From Gemmatimonadota bacterium (GTDB taxonomy: Bacteria; Gemmatimonadota; Gemmatimonadetes; Palauibacterales; KS3-K002): a DNA stretch of 28,562 nt. Numbering within the stretch: the stretch's first letter is position 1; each line of letters starts with the position of its first letter. The notes beneath the pieces were generated by a model. The model was not told the origin of the DNA and did no database searches. It worked only from the letters and a program-made list of their open reading frames with translations. The stretch spans positions 1 to 28,562 of the forward strand of contig JBDHJS010000045.1 of assembly GCA_039586795.1 (NCBI GenBank), written 5' to 3'. Made by a program: the position numbers and the translations under genes. Below, piece by piece: positions 16,755-25,268 of this stretch.

Positions 16755-17432
16755 CTAGGCGCTAGCAGCGACTTCGATGCCCGTCGCTTCGTCGGCCGCT
16801 GGGCTCGCCTCGGCGGCTCGCATAGCTTCGTGGGCCGCCTTGTGCATGTGCACCTTCGCTATGCGCCAGGTGGCGGCGCCGGCGATCAGCGCGCTGCCCG
16901 CGGCGACCAACCAGATCGTGAACGAGCTGGCCCACTCGATGGCGCTCTCGACCTGGGCCGAGAACAGCCAGCCGACGCCGCCGTATACCGAAGCCCAGAT
17001 CAACAAGCCCAGCCCATCCATCAGCAGGAACGTGCGCAAACGCAGGCAGGAGAAGCCCGAGGCCGCCGCAACCAGGTTGCCGGCGCCGGGCAAGAACTTA
17101 GCGGGTAGCAGGTAGCGTGGACCCACCGCTTTCAGCCGTTTCTGCACACCGATGATGCAGGCCATCGGGTTCGACGACAGCGCGCAAACCGTGTCGACGA
17201 TTCCCTGTCCCCGCCAGCGCGCCACGCTGTACCACACCAGATCGCCTAACAATCCGCCCAGCGCCGCCGCCAGCACGATGCCGGGAAGCGGCGGCCCACC
17301 CATCGCGGAGAGCGCGCCGGCCACGACGAGTACCGGAACGCTGGCGATCGGCGCGCCGGCGTACTCCAGAAAGCCGACGACGAACAGAAGCGCGTACCCG
17401 TATTGGTCCAGAAGTAAGGCGAGCTGTTCCAT
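16755..17432 (-). CDS. DedA family (VTT domain) membrane protein
   Basis: 225 aa; QYGYALLFVVGFLEYAGAPI, LGDLVWYSVARWRG, AKFLPG, and F...D..G..IW DedA pattern. Confidence 0.88.
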   Translation of the reverse strand: MEQLALLLDQYGYALLFVVGFLEYAGAPIASVPVLVVAGALSAMGGPPLPGIVLAAALGGLLGDLVWYSVARWRGQGIVDTVCALSSNPMACIIGVQKRLKAVGPRYLLPAKFLPGAGNLVAAASGFSCLRLRTFLLMDGLGLLIWASVYGGVGWLFSAQVESAIEWASSFTIWLVAAGSALIAGAATWRIAKVHMHKAAHEAMRAAEASPAADEATGIEVAASA

Positions 17433-17700
17433 GGCGGGTCCCCCAGCTTCCCAGTCGAGAATCTATCACTTCAATATCCGGCTGAAGAACAAACCCACCC
17501 GCACGGGTGTTCCGGCGAGGTGTTCCGGAGAGTGTGTTGCATGAAAGCCATACTATGAGGCGCACGGTTCCTACGTTCTCGGGCATCACACCGCCAGCGG
17601 GCCACCCGACACGTCGCGCCGATCCTTCCTTTCCGAACTCGCGGCCTCATGGCTCGTGATGTGCTGCGACGCTCATCGCCACTCAGCCAGGAGCCCCAAC

Positions 17701-18714
17701 ATGAGAATCTGCGTCGTAGGATCCGGAGCCGTCGGCGGATTGGTGGGGGCCAGAATGGCCCTGGCCGGCGAAGACGTGACCCTGATCGATATCGGCCCTC
17801 ATCTCGACGCGATCAAAACGAACGGCCTTCGCGTGATAATGGCATCAGGCGAAGAAGCGGTCGTGCGCGACGTCGCGGCCACGGACGACGTTCGCGAAGT
17901 CGGCGTTCAGGACGTCGTCATCCTGGCGCTCAAGGCTTACGACATAGAGAAGGTCGCGAAGGACATCCCTGCACTGTTCGATGAGGACACCTTCCTCATT
18001 CATCTACAGAACGGGCTCCCCTGGTGGTACTTCCAGCGTCACGGTGGGCCTCACGACGGTCGCCGTATCGATGCCCTCGATCCGACCGGTGTAATATCCG
18101 AAAGCATCGATCCCAATCGCATCGTCGGATGCGTGGTTTTCCCAGCCAGCGAGATCGCCGAGCCCGGAGTCATCCGACACATCGAGGGCAACCGCTTCCC
18201 CGTCGGCGAGCTCGACGGTCGACACACCGATCGCGCCGAAGTCTCGAGCCGGCTGTTCAACGCCGCGGGCTTCAAGTCCTTCGTCATCGAGGACATTCGT
18301 CCCGAAATCTGGCTGAAGTTGTGGGGAAACATGTCGCTGAACCCCGTGAGCGCCCTCACGCACGCGACCATGGTGGAGATCTGCCAGTTTCCACCCACGC
18401 GCCAGCTCCTCGTCGACCTGATGACCGAGGCGCAGGACATCGCTCATGAGTTCGGAATACAATTCCGCGTGCCGCTGGAGAAGCGCATCGCCGGCGCCGA
18501 GAAGGTCGGCGCTCACAAGACTTCTACGCTCCAGGATGTGGAGGCCGGCCGTCGGCTAGAGCTGGAAGCGCAGCTCGGCGCGCTCATCGAACTCGGTCAG
18601 CTGGTCGGCGTCAAGACGCCCAACATCAGCGCCATCTACGCCTGCACGAAGCTCCTCGATCGGACCATGGAGAGCCACGGTGTGGGGGTGAAGCCGTACG
18701 ACGTGATAGGGTAG
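17701..18714 (+). CDS. panE: 2-dehydropantoate 2-reductase (PanE/ApbA family)
   Basis: Start at ATG 17701 (AGGAG RBS). GSGAVGG Rossmann motif, LALKAY, LQNGLPWW, IWLKLWGN, KTSTLQDVEAGRRLE. Confidence 0.88.
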   Translation: MRICVVGSGAVGGLVGARMALAGEDVTLIDIGPHLDAIKTNGLRVIMASGEEAVVRDVAATDDVREVGVQDVVILALKAYDIEKVAKDIPALFDEDTFLIHLQNGLPWWYFQRHGGPHDGRRIDALDPTGVISESIDPNRIVGCVVFPASEIAEPGVIRHIEGNRFPVGELDGRHTDRAEVSSRLFNAAGFKSFVIEDIRPEIWLKLWGNMSLNPVSALTHATMVEICQFPPTRQLLVDLMTEAQDIAHEFGIQFRVPLEKRIAGAEKVGAHKTSTLQDVEAGRRLELEAQLGALIELGQLVGVKTPNISAIYACTKLLDRTMESHGVGVKPYDVIG

Positions 18715-18745
18715 CCCACCGCACATTCCACCCCTCGTCACCCCT

Positions 18746-18774
18746 TTGCGAAGCGCCGCTCGAATCGCTATATG
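18746..18774 (+). promoter_or_regulatory. Possible sigma70 promoter of sdhCAB
   Basis: TTGCGA-17 nt-TATATG about 55 nt upstream of the sdhC start. Confidence 0.35.
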
Positions 18775-18830
18775 AGTGGTGCCCCCCAGCAGCGAACGGC
18801 CCCTGACATCAACGAGGAGTGATTCGGCGA

Positions 18831-19547
18831 ATGGAAAGCTCCGCTGTGAATGTCTCTACCGCCGCACCTGCGAGTATGCGGGCGACGCGCGTACGGATGT
18901 TCTTCGGCAGCACGGTCGGCAAGAAGGTGGTGATGGCGGTGACCGGCGTCTTCCTGGTCACCTTCGTCATCGGCCACCTCGTCGGTAACCTCCAGATCTA
19001 TCTCGGTGCCGAGGCGATCAACCACTACGGCGAGTTCCTGCGCGAGCTCGTGCACGGCTGGTTCATCTGGGCGTTCCGCGCCACCATGCTCGCCGCCGTG
19101 CTGCTTCATATCTGGGCGGCCACCGCGTTGACCCTCGGCAGCTGGAAGGCGCGACCCATAGGGTACCGGCGGCGGCAGCAATACACGGACTCAACCTACG
19201 CGTCCCGTACCATGCGCTGGGGCGGTCCGATCTTGCTGATCTTTATCGTCTACCATTTGCTCCATTTCACCACCGGGCAGGCGCACGCCGAATTCGTCCA
19301 CGGCGATATCTATCACAACGTGATCAGCGGATTCAACGTCCCCTGGATCTCTGGCTTTTACATCTTCGCGATGCTGATTCTTGGTCTGCACCTCTGGCAC
19401 GGCGTCTGGAGCATGCTACAGACGCTCGGGCTCTCACATCCCAGTTACAATCGTCTGCGTTCGGCCATCGCCTGGTTCGTGACGCTGTTCGTTGTGGTGG
19501 GCAACATCTCGATCCCGGTGGCGGTGCTCACCGGCGTCTTGAGCTGA
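18831..19547 (+). CDS. sdhC: Succinate dehydrogenase/fumarate reductase cytochrome b subunit (b558 family)
   Basis: [48 protein letters not shown]; five hydrophobic helices; GAGGAG RBS upstream of ATG 18831 (start uncertain by a few codons). Confidence 0.92.
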   Translation: MESSAVNVSTAAPASMRATRVRMFFGSTVGKKVVMAVTGVFLVTFVIGHLVGNLQIYLGAEAINHYGEFLRELVHGWFIWAFRATMLAAVLLHIWAATALTLGSWKARPIGYRRRQQYTDSTYASRTMRWGGPILLIFIVYHLLHFTTGQAHAEFVHGDIYHNVISGFNVPWISGFYIFAMLILGLHLWHGVWSMLQTLGLSHPSYNRLRSAIAWFVTLFVVVGNISIPVAVLTGVLS

Positions 19548-19560
19548 TCGGAGGCAACCA

Positions 19561-21474
19561 GTGGAACTCAATTCCAAGATCCCCTCCGGCCCCATCGAGA
19601 AGAAATGGGAGAAGCACCGCTTCGAGATGAAGTTGGTCAATCCCGCCAACAAGCGGAAATACAGCCTCATCATGGTAGGCTCCGGCCTCGCCGGCGGCTC
19701 CGGCGCCGCCTCGCTGGCCGAGCTGGGCTACAACGTCAAGTGCTTCTGTTATCAGGACAGCCCACGCCGCGCACACTCCATCGCCGCCCAGGGCGGCATC
19801 AACGCGGCCAAGAATTACCAGAACGACGGCGATAGCATCTTTCGGCTCTTCTACGATACGGTCAAAGGGGGCGACTACCGCTCACGCGAAGCGAACGTCC
19901 ATCGACTCGCCGAGGTGAGCGTCAACATCATCGATCAGTGCGTCGCCCAGGGCGTACCCTTCGCCCGCGAGTACGGCGGCTTGCTCGACAATCGTTCATT
20001 CGGCGGCGCTCAGGTATCACGAACGTTCTACGCCCGAGGTCAGACGGGTCAGCAACTTCTGCTGGGCGCTTACCAGGCCCTGGAACGGCAGATCGGCCTG
20101 GGCAAAGTGCAGATGTTCTCGCGGCACGAGATGCTCGACCTCATTGTGGTCGACGGGCAGGCGCGAGGTATCGTCGTCCGCGACATGGTGAGCGGCGAAC
20201 TGAGCGTACACATGGCGGATGCGGTAATTCTCGCGACCGGTGGCTACGGAAACACGTTCTGCCTGTCCACCTACGCGAAAGGCGCGAACGGCACGGCGAT
20301 CTGGCGCGCCTACAAGAAGGGCGCCGCGTTTGCCAATCCGTGCTTCACGCAGATACACCCCACCTGCATCCCCGTATCGGGCGAGTACCAGTCGAAGCTC
20401 ACTCTGATGAGCGAATCGTTGCGCAACGACGGTCGCATCTGGGTACCCAAAGCCGTCGGCGACAAACGTCCGCCGGGCGAGATACCCGAAGACGAGCGCG
20501 ACTACTATTTGGAACGCATCTATCCAAGCTTCGGCAACCTCGCGCCGCGGGACGTCTCATCGCGGGCGGCTAAGCGGGTCGTCGACGAAGGACACGGAGT
20601 GGGCCCCACAGAGGTCGGCGTCTACCTCGACTTCGCCGATGCGATCAACCGATTGGGTGTGGACACTATTCGCGAGCGCTACGGTAACTTGTTCGAGATG
20701 TACGAGAGGATCACGGACGAGGATCCCTACAAGGTTCCGATGCGCATCTACCCTGCGACCCACTACACGATGGGCGGCCTGTGGGTCGACTACAATCTGA
20801 TGAGCACGATTCCCGGCCTCTTCGTAATCGGTGAGGCCAACTTCTCCGACCACGGGGCGAACCGCCTTGGCGCCAGCGCGCTGATGCAGGGACTGGCCGA
20901 TGGCTACTTCGTCATCCCCTACACCATCGGTGACTATCTGGCCAGCAACAAGTTCGAAGCGCTGCCCGAGGACCACGGCGAGGCGATCGCCGCCACCGCC
21001 GGTGTGGAAGAGCGCATCAACCGCTTGTTGTCGATCAACGGCAAGCGGACGGTCATGGATCTGCACCGCGAGTTGGGACAGATCATGTGGGAACTCTGTG
21101 GCATGGGTCGCACCCGGGAGGGACTGGAGACCGCATTACAGAGGATCCCTGCCCTGCGTGAGGAGTTCTGGGAGACCGCGATCGTACCCGGCGAAAACGG
21201 CGAGTTCAACCAGTCGCTCGAGTACGCCGGCCGCGTGGCCGACTTTATGGAGATCGGCGAGCTCATGTGCCGCGACGCGCTGACCCGCGAAGAGTCGTGC
21301 GGCGCCCACTTCCGCGAGGAGTACCAGACGGAAGAAGGCGAAGCGCTACGCGACGATGAGAACTACGCCCACGTCGCCGCCTGGGAGTATCAAGGTGAAA
21401 CTAAGACACCGACACGTCATACCGAGCCACTCGACTTCGAGTACGTGGCTCTTGCAACACGGAGCTATAAATAA
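19561..21474 (+). CDS. sdhA: Succinate dehydrogenase/fumarate reductase flavoprotein subunit
   Basis: 637 aa; [21 protein letters not shown] (covalent FAD His), [40 protein letters not shown]. Confidence 0.97.
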   Translation: MELNSKIPSGPIEKKWEKHRFEMKLVNPANKRKYSLIMVGSGLAGGSGAASLAELGYNVKCFCYQDSPRRAHSIAAQGGINAAKNYQNDGDSIFRLFYDTVKGGDYRSREANVHRLAEVSVNIIDQCVAQGVPFAREYGGLLDNRSFGGAQVSRTFYARGQTGQQLLLGAYQALERQIGLGKVQMFSRHEMLDLIVVDGQARGIVVRDMVSGELSVHMADAVILATGGYGNTFCLSTYAKGANGTAIWRAYKKGAAFANPCFTQIHPTCIPVSGEYQSKLTLMSESLRNDGRIWVPKAVGDKRPPGEIPEDERDYYLERIYPSFGNLAPRDVSSRAAKRVVDEGHGVGPTEVGVYLDFADAINRLGVDTIRERYGNLFEMYERITDEDPYKVPMRIYPATHYTMGGLWVDYNLMSTIPGLFVIGEANFSDHGANRLGASALMQGLADGYFVIPYTIGDYLASNKFEALPEDHGEAIAATAGVEERINRLLSINGKRTVMDLHRELGQIMWELCGMGRTREGLETALQRIPALREEFWETAIVPGENGEFNQSLEYAGRVADFMEIGELMCRDALTREESCGAHFREEYQTEEGEALRDDENYAHVAAWEYQGETKTPTRHTEPLDFEYVALATRSYK

Positions 21475-22250
21475 TGAACCTCACACTCCACGTCTGGCGA
21501 CAAAAGAATGCGAAGTCGAAGGGCCAATTCGTGAAGTATGAGGCCCCCGACATCAGCGAGGACATGTCGTTCCTCGAGATGCTCGATGTCGTCAACGAAC
21601 GATTGATCCTGGCCGGCGAAGACCCCATCGCCTTCGACCACGACTGCCGTGAGGGGATCTGCGGAACCTGCGGCGTGGTGATCAACGGCCGCGCCCACGG
21701 TCCACGAGATCGTACCACTTGCTGCCAGCTGCACATGCGCAGCTTCAAGGACGGCGACGAAGTCTGGATCGAGCCCTGGCGGGCGAAGGCGTTTCCCGTG
21801 CAGAAGGACCTCGTCGTTGACCGCAGCGCCTTCGACCGGATCATCGCCGCCGGCGGATTCGTCAGCGCGCCAACCGGGTCGGCGCCGGACGGAAACGCGA
21901 TCCCGATCTCGAAGGAGAACGCCGACCTGGCGATGGATGCGGCGGCCTGCATCGGCTGCGGCGCTTGCGTGGCCGCGTGTCCGAACGCCTCGGCGATGCT
22001 GTTTACGTCGGCGAAAGTCGCGCAGCTCTCGTTGTTACCGCAGGGGCAGCCCGAACGCTACAGGCGGGCGAAGCTGATGGTCCGACAGATGGACATGGAG
22101 GGCTTCGGGAATTGTACGAACCACGGCGAGTGCTCCGTGGTTTGTCCGAAGGCGATCAGCCAGGACAACATCGCCCGGCTGAACCGCGACTACATAAAGT
22201 CGTCATTGATCGCCGACCGCCGTCTGCCCGAGGGTGCGGCGGCCGGGTAA
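21474..22250 (+). CDS. sdhB: Succinate dehydrogenase/fumarate reductase iron-sulfur subunit
   Basis: CREGICGTC...C (2Fe-2S), [12 protein letters not shown] and [12 protein letters not shown] clusters; TAATG overlap with sdhA. Confidence 0.97.
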   Translation: MNLTLHVWRQKNAKSKGQFVKYEAPDISEDMSFLEMLDVVNERLILAGEDPIAFDHDCREGICGTCGVVINGRAHGPRDRTTCCQLHMRSFKDGDEVWIEPWRAKAFPVQKDLVVDRSAFDRIIAAGGFVSAPTGSAPDGNAIPISKENADLAMDAAACIGCGACVAACPNASAMLFTSAKVAQLSLLPQGQPERYRRAKLMVRQMDMEGFGNCTNHGECSVVCPKAISQDNIARLNRDYIKSSLIADRRLPEGAAAG

Positions 22251-23252
22251 GAACACGTCCGCGAGTTTCTCGGCGGCCGCCAGGCCGCTGAGGAACGCGC
22301 CCTCGATCCGGTCGCCAGATAACCAGTCGCCACAGACCACCAAAGGCGCGTCGGAGTCGGACAGACAACCGTCGCAACGCGGCTCACGGGAACGGGCATA
22401 TCGCCAGCGGTGCGCCTCCAGTTCGACCGGGCGCAAGCCCGGCCGACCGACCAAATCGGAGAACGCCTCAAGAAGCCAGCGAGCGACGTCATCCTTCAGC
22501 ACTTCGAGGTGCGCCGACGACCAGGTCGCGTCCGCGTGCAAAACCCAACTCTCACGCGACTCTTCGCGCATCGGCTTGCTGGAGTTGCGCGCCACCCAGG
22601 CGAGCGGACTGTTTTCGACGAAGGCCGCGTCAAAGCCTAGTGGCAGCGGAGCGGAGAACGCTGCCATCACCGCCCAGGTTGGAAGCGCCTCAACAGCATC
22701 GCACTCCTTCGCCAGGGCCGGAGCCGCCTCCCGCAGCAGTTCAGCGGCCTGGGGCGCCGGTGCGCTGCTCACCACCGCATCGAAGCCGCCCAGTACGGAA
22801 GCTCCGCTGTTGAGCTGCCACTGCGAACCACCCCTCCGACGGATTCCGTCGACGCGCGTGTTCGCAACCACTTTCACCCCGCTGGCAAGATCACGTGCCA
22901 ACTGACTCATGCCGGGGACCCCGACATAGCGCGACGTGCCTTCCTTCGGCACCAGCGCGCCGTCGGCGCGCACCTCCACAATTCGCCCACGCCAGGCGGC
23001 CACCGCACCGCGGCGCTGCCACGACTTGACGCGATCGGCGAAGCGTGGGTTCCGCGCCGTGAAATACTGCGCGCCATGATCGAATCGCCAGCCGCCGCTG
23101 CGTCGCGTCGAAGCGCGACCGCCGACACCGCGCGACTTCTCGAACACGGTTACCGTAAAACCCCGCCTCGTGAGCTCCCGGGCGCAGGTCAGGCCCGAGA
23201 TACCCGCCCCGATGATGGCGACGGACGGCCGACGGTGCGTTGCACCCGACAC
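22203..23252 (-). CDS. Renalase-like NAD(P)/FAD-dependent oxidoreductase
   Basis: [52 protein letters not shown]. Confidence 0.92.
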   Translation of the reverse strand: MSGATHRRPSVAIIGAGISGLTCARELTRRGFTVTVFEKSRGVGGRASTRRSGGWRFDHGAQYFTARNPRFADRVKSWQRRGAVAAWRGRIVEVRADGALVPKEGTSRYVGVPGMSQLARDLASGVKVVANTRVDGIRRRGGSQWQLNSGASVLGGFDAVVSSAPAPQAAELLREAAPALAKECDAVEALPTWAVMAAFSAPLPLGFDAAFVENSPLAWVARNSSKPMREESRESWVLHADATWSSAHLEVLKDDVARWLLEAFSDLVGRPGLRPVELEAHRWRYARSREPRCDGCLSDSDAPLVVCGDWLSGDRIEGAFLSGLAAAEKLADVFLPGRRTLGQTAVGDQ

Positions 23253-23253
23253 G

Positions 23254-23577
23254 TCAGTTCAGCCGGCTCTGGGTCTCGAACGGGCGCGGCCGCTGCTTCT
23301 TGACCCGTAAGCGTGCAGAGCCCGGGACAACAACCCGGCCTGTAGGTAGCTCGGCGAACTCGACAATGCCCTGCTCGGCCAGCCGGGAGGCGACAGACCG
23401 GGTCCGCTCTAGCAAGACCCTCCAGCTCTCGCCGCCGACCGCCAGCGCCGCCTCGCGCAGAGAGATCGTCGCTCCGACCTCTCGGGAGCCCAGCAGCCTC
23501 AGAATCGCCATTTCCAGCTCTCTATCCAACTCATGAATCAAGTCCTCGAATCGGGGTCCATTCCTTTTCTGTAACAT
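23254..23577 (-). CDS. DUF3253-like small winged-helix protein
   Basis: AILRLLGSREVGATISLREAALAVGGESWRVLLERTRSVASRLAEQGIVE resembles the DUF3253 pattern; AAGGA RBS; stop 1 nt before the renalase-like start. Confidence 0.7.
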   Translation of the reverse strand: MLQKRNGPRFEDLIHELDRELEMAILRLLGSREVGATISLREAALAVGGESWRVLLERTRSVASRLAEQGIVEFAELPTGRVVVPGSARLRVKKQRPRPFETQSRLN

Positions 23578-23659
23578 ATCGTAATCCTTTCAAAACCAAC
23601 GACTTACGTGTTGGTGCCACTCCTGGGGCGACGATTTGTCACTAGCCCCAGTGAAGCCA

Positions 23660-23688
23660 AATATGGTGGACAGAAGCCTATTTGTCAA
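23660..23688 (-). promoter_or_regulatory. Sigma70-type promoter for DUF3253/renalase-like operon
   Basis: Minus strand TTGACA (23688-23683) - 17 nt - CATATT (23665-23660). Confidence 0.6.
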
Positions 23689-23726
23689 TGTTTTGTCCAG
23701 CTAATAACTTGACAACAAGTCGACAC
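23682..23726. promoter_or_regulatory. Symmetric operator of four 11-bp nAnnTnnACAn boxes (CarH/LitR-like)
   Basis: Minus strand TAGCTGGACAA + AACATTGACAA (23703-23682); 1-nt spacer; plus strand TAACTTGACAA + CAAGTCGACAC (23705-23726). Confidence 0.65.
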
Positions 23727-23736
23727 TCTCTAGGTT
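23709..23736 (+). promoter_or_regulatory. Sigma70-type promoter for the ferritin-like gene
   Basis: TTGACA (23709-23714) - 16 nt - TAGGTT (23731-23736). Confidence 0.6.
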
Positions 23737-23805
23737 ACCCTCCACGACTACATCCTGTCGAGCTACTGTAGCCGACCGAGACCCACTGAGAGAGGAGAGA
23801 CATGG

Positions 23806-24231
23806 ATGGACAGGCAGAAGCTGATCGAGAAACTGAACGCCGACCTGGCCAGCGAGCTGGGCGCGATCATTCAATACATCGCCTACGCCGCGAAGGCGAC
23901 GGGCCCCTATCGGCCCCAGCTCTCGCAGTTCTTCCTGAGTGAGGTGGTGGACGAACAGGCGCATGCCCAGTTTCTGGCGAACAAGATCGTCGCCCTGGGC
24001 TGCGAGCCGACGACCGAGCCGCGCCCGGTCCCGGCGGCCAAGGACAATCGCGAGATGGTGGAAGCCGTGCTCGAGGCGGAGCGCCAGGCGACGAAGGACT
24101 ACACGCAGCGCGCGAAAGAGGCCGAGGAGTTCGGCGACAAGGGTCTCGCAGTGCAGCTCGAGGACATGGTGAGGGACGAGAGCGGACACTCGGAGGAGAC
24201 GGAGCGCATCTTGCGTGACTGGCCGCTATAG
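23806..24231 (+). CDS. Ferritin-like (bacterioferritin-related) diiron protein
   Basis: 141 aa; LNADLASELGAIIQY, DEQAHA, EAERQATKDY, DESGHSE give the E...ExxH...E...ExxH ligand pattern; GAGGAG RBS. Confidence 0.88.
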   Translation: MDRQKLIEKLNADLASELGAIIQYIAYAAKATGPYRPQLSQFFLSEVVDEQAHAQFLANKIVALGCEPTTEPRPVPAAKDNREMVEAVLEAERQATKDYTQRAKEAEEFGDKGLAVQLEDMVRDESGHSEETERILRDWPL

Positions 24232-24282
24232 CCATCCTGCATCGACCAGCGCCCGCGTCGTTGGTCCGAGGAAGATCCGCCT

Positions 24283-25146
24283 GTGAGCCATCGCATATAT
24301 AGGATCACATCGATCGGCCGGCCCCTCGATCCGAGCTACCGCACGAATCGGGCGGTGCTGCTGATTCTGCCGCTCGCCGGCCTCATCGGCTCGGCGGTGG
24401 CCGGCGCGCGGGGCGCCGATCTGATCGATGCCCTCATCGCGGGGCTGATCGGCGTCGCCGTCGCCTTCGGCGCCTGGGCGCTGGCGCGGGAGCTGGCGCC
24501 GGATGACGACCCGGCGGCCTTCATCAGCCTGGCGTTGGCGTACGCATCGTACCTGGTGCTGGGGCCGCCCAGTCTCTTCCTTCTCTTCACCGCTCTCCTG
24601 CTCACGCGTATCGTCAACCGTTCGGTGGGCGTCCCAGCCCGGCCCGGCGACTCGATCTTCGTCTGCGCGTTGACCCTGTGGACCGCGTACGTGACGGGCA
24701 GTCCGCTGGTCGCCCTCGTCGGCGCCATCGCGTTCGCCTTCGATGCGGCGCTACCCCGCCCGCTTCGACGCCAGTGGTGGTTTGTGGGTCTCTGTCTGGT
24801 GGGAGCGGTGCTCTGGATGGTCGTGCGGGGCTATGGAGCGGACGAACTGACCTTGCATGCTTCAGGGTCCTATTACTGGGTCGTCGCCCTCATCACGCTT
24901 CTCTATGCCATCGCGTACTTCCGCACCCGACGCCTGTCGTCGGTGGGCGATCAGAGCGGCGTCCCGCTGTCGCTGCGCCGGGTTCGTGCCGGCATGGTGG
25001 TCGGCCTGCTGGTCCCAGCCCAGGCGTTGATGATCGGCGATGCGAAGATCGCTTGGGCGCTCTGGGCTACCCTGGCGGGGGTCGGCGTGAGCAGCTTGCT
25101 CGGCCTCGCGCCAAGAAGAGAGCGGTTGAGAGGGCAACGTATGTAG
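24283..25146 (+). CDS. Hypothetical polytopic membrane protein
   Basis: 287 aa with many hydrophobic helices; TSIGRPLDPSYRTNRAV and WALARELAPDD look like conserved loops; GAGG upstream of GTG. Confidence 0.75.
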   Translation: MSHRIYRITSIGRPLDPSYRTNRAVLLILPLAGLIGSAVAGARGADLIDALIAGLIGVAVAFGAWALARELAPDDDPAAFISLALAYASYLVLGPPSLFLLFTALLLTRIVNRSVGVPARPGDSIFVCALTLWTAYVTGSPLVALVGAIAFAFDAALPRPLRRQWWFVGLCLVGAVLWMVVRGYGADELTLHASGSYYWVVALITLLYAIAYFRTRRLSSVGDQSGVPLSLRRVRAGMVVGLLVPAQALMIGDAKIAWALWATLAGVGVSSLLGLAPRRERLRGQRM

Positions 25147-25268
25147 GAGTTCGTGTTCGGGTCATGGCTCCTCCGTTTGCGCGGTCGCGGACGTGCGAAC
25201 ATGGCCGGCTGCACCGGCTCACGATTAAGATGCAGCCATGCCGGGAAGGGTTGTTTGTGGCTTACAGG

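Noticed and set aside
23806..24231. Ferritin-like protein as encapsulin cargo or canonical bacterioferritin
   Set aside because: No targeting-peptide tail or encapsulin gene is visible, and the heme-ligating Met is absent.
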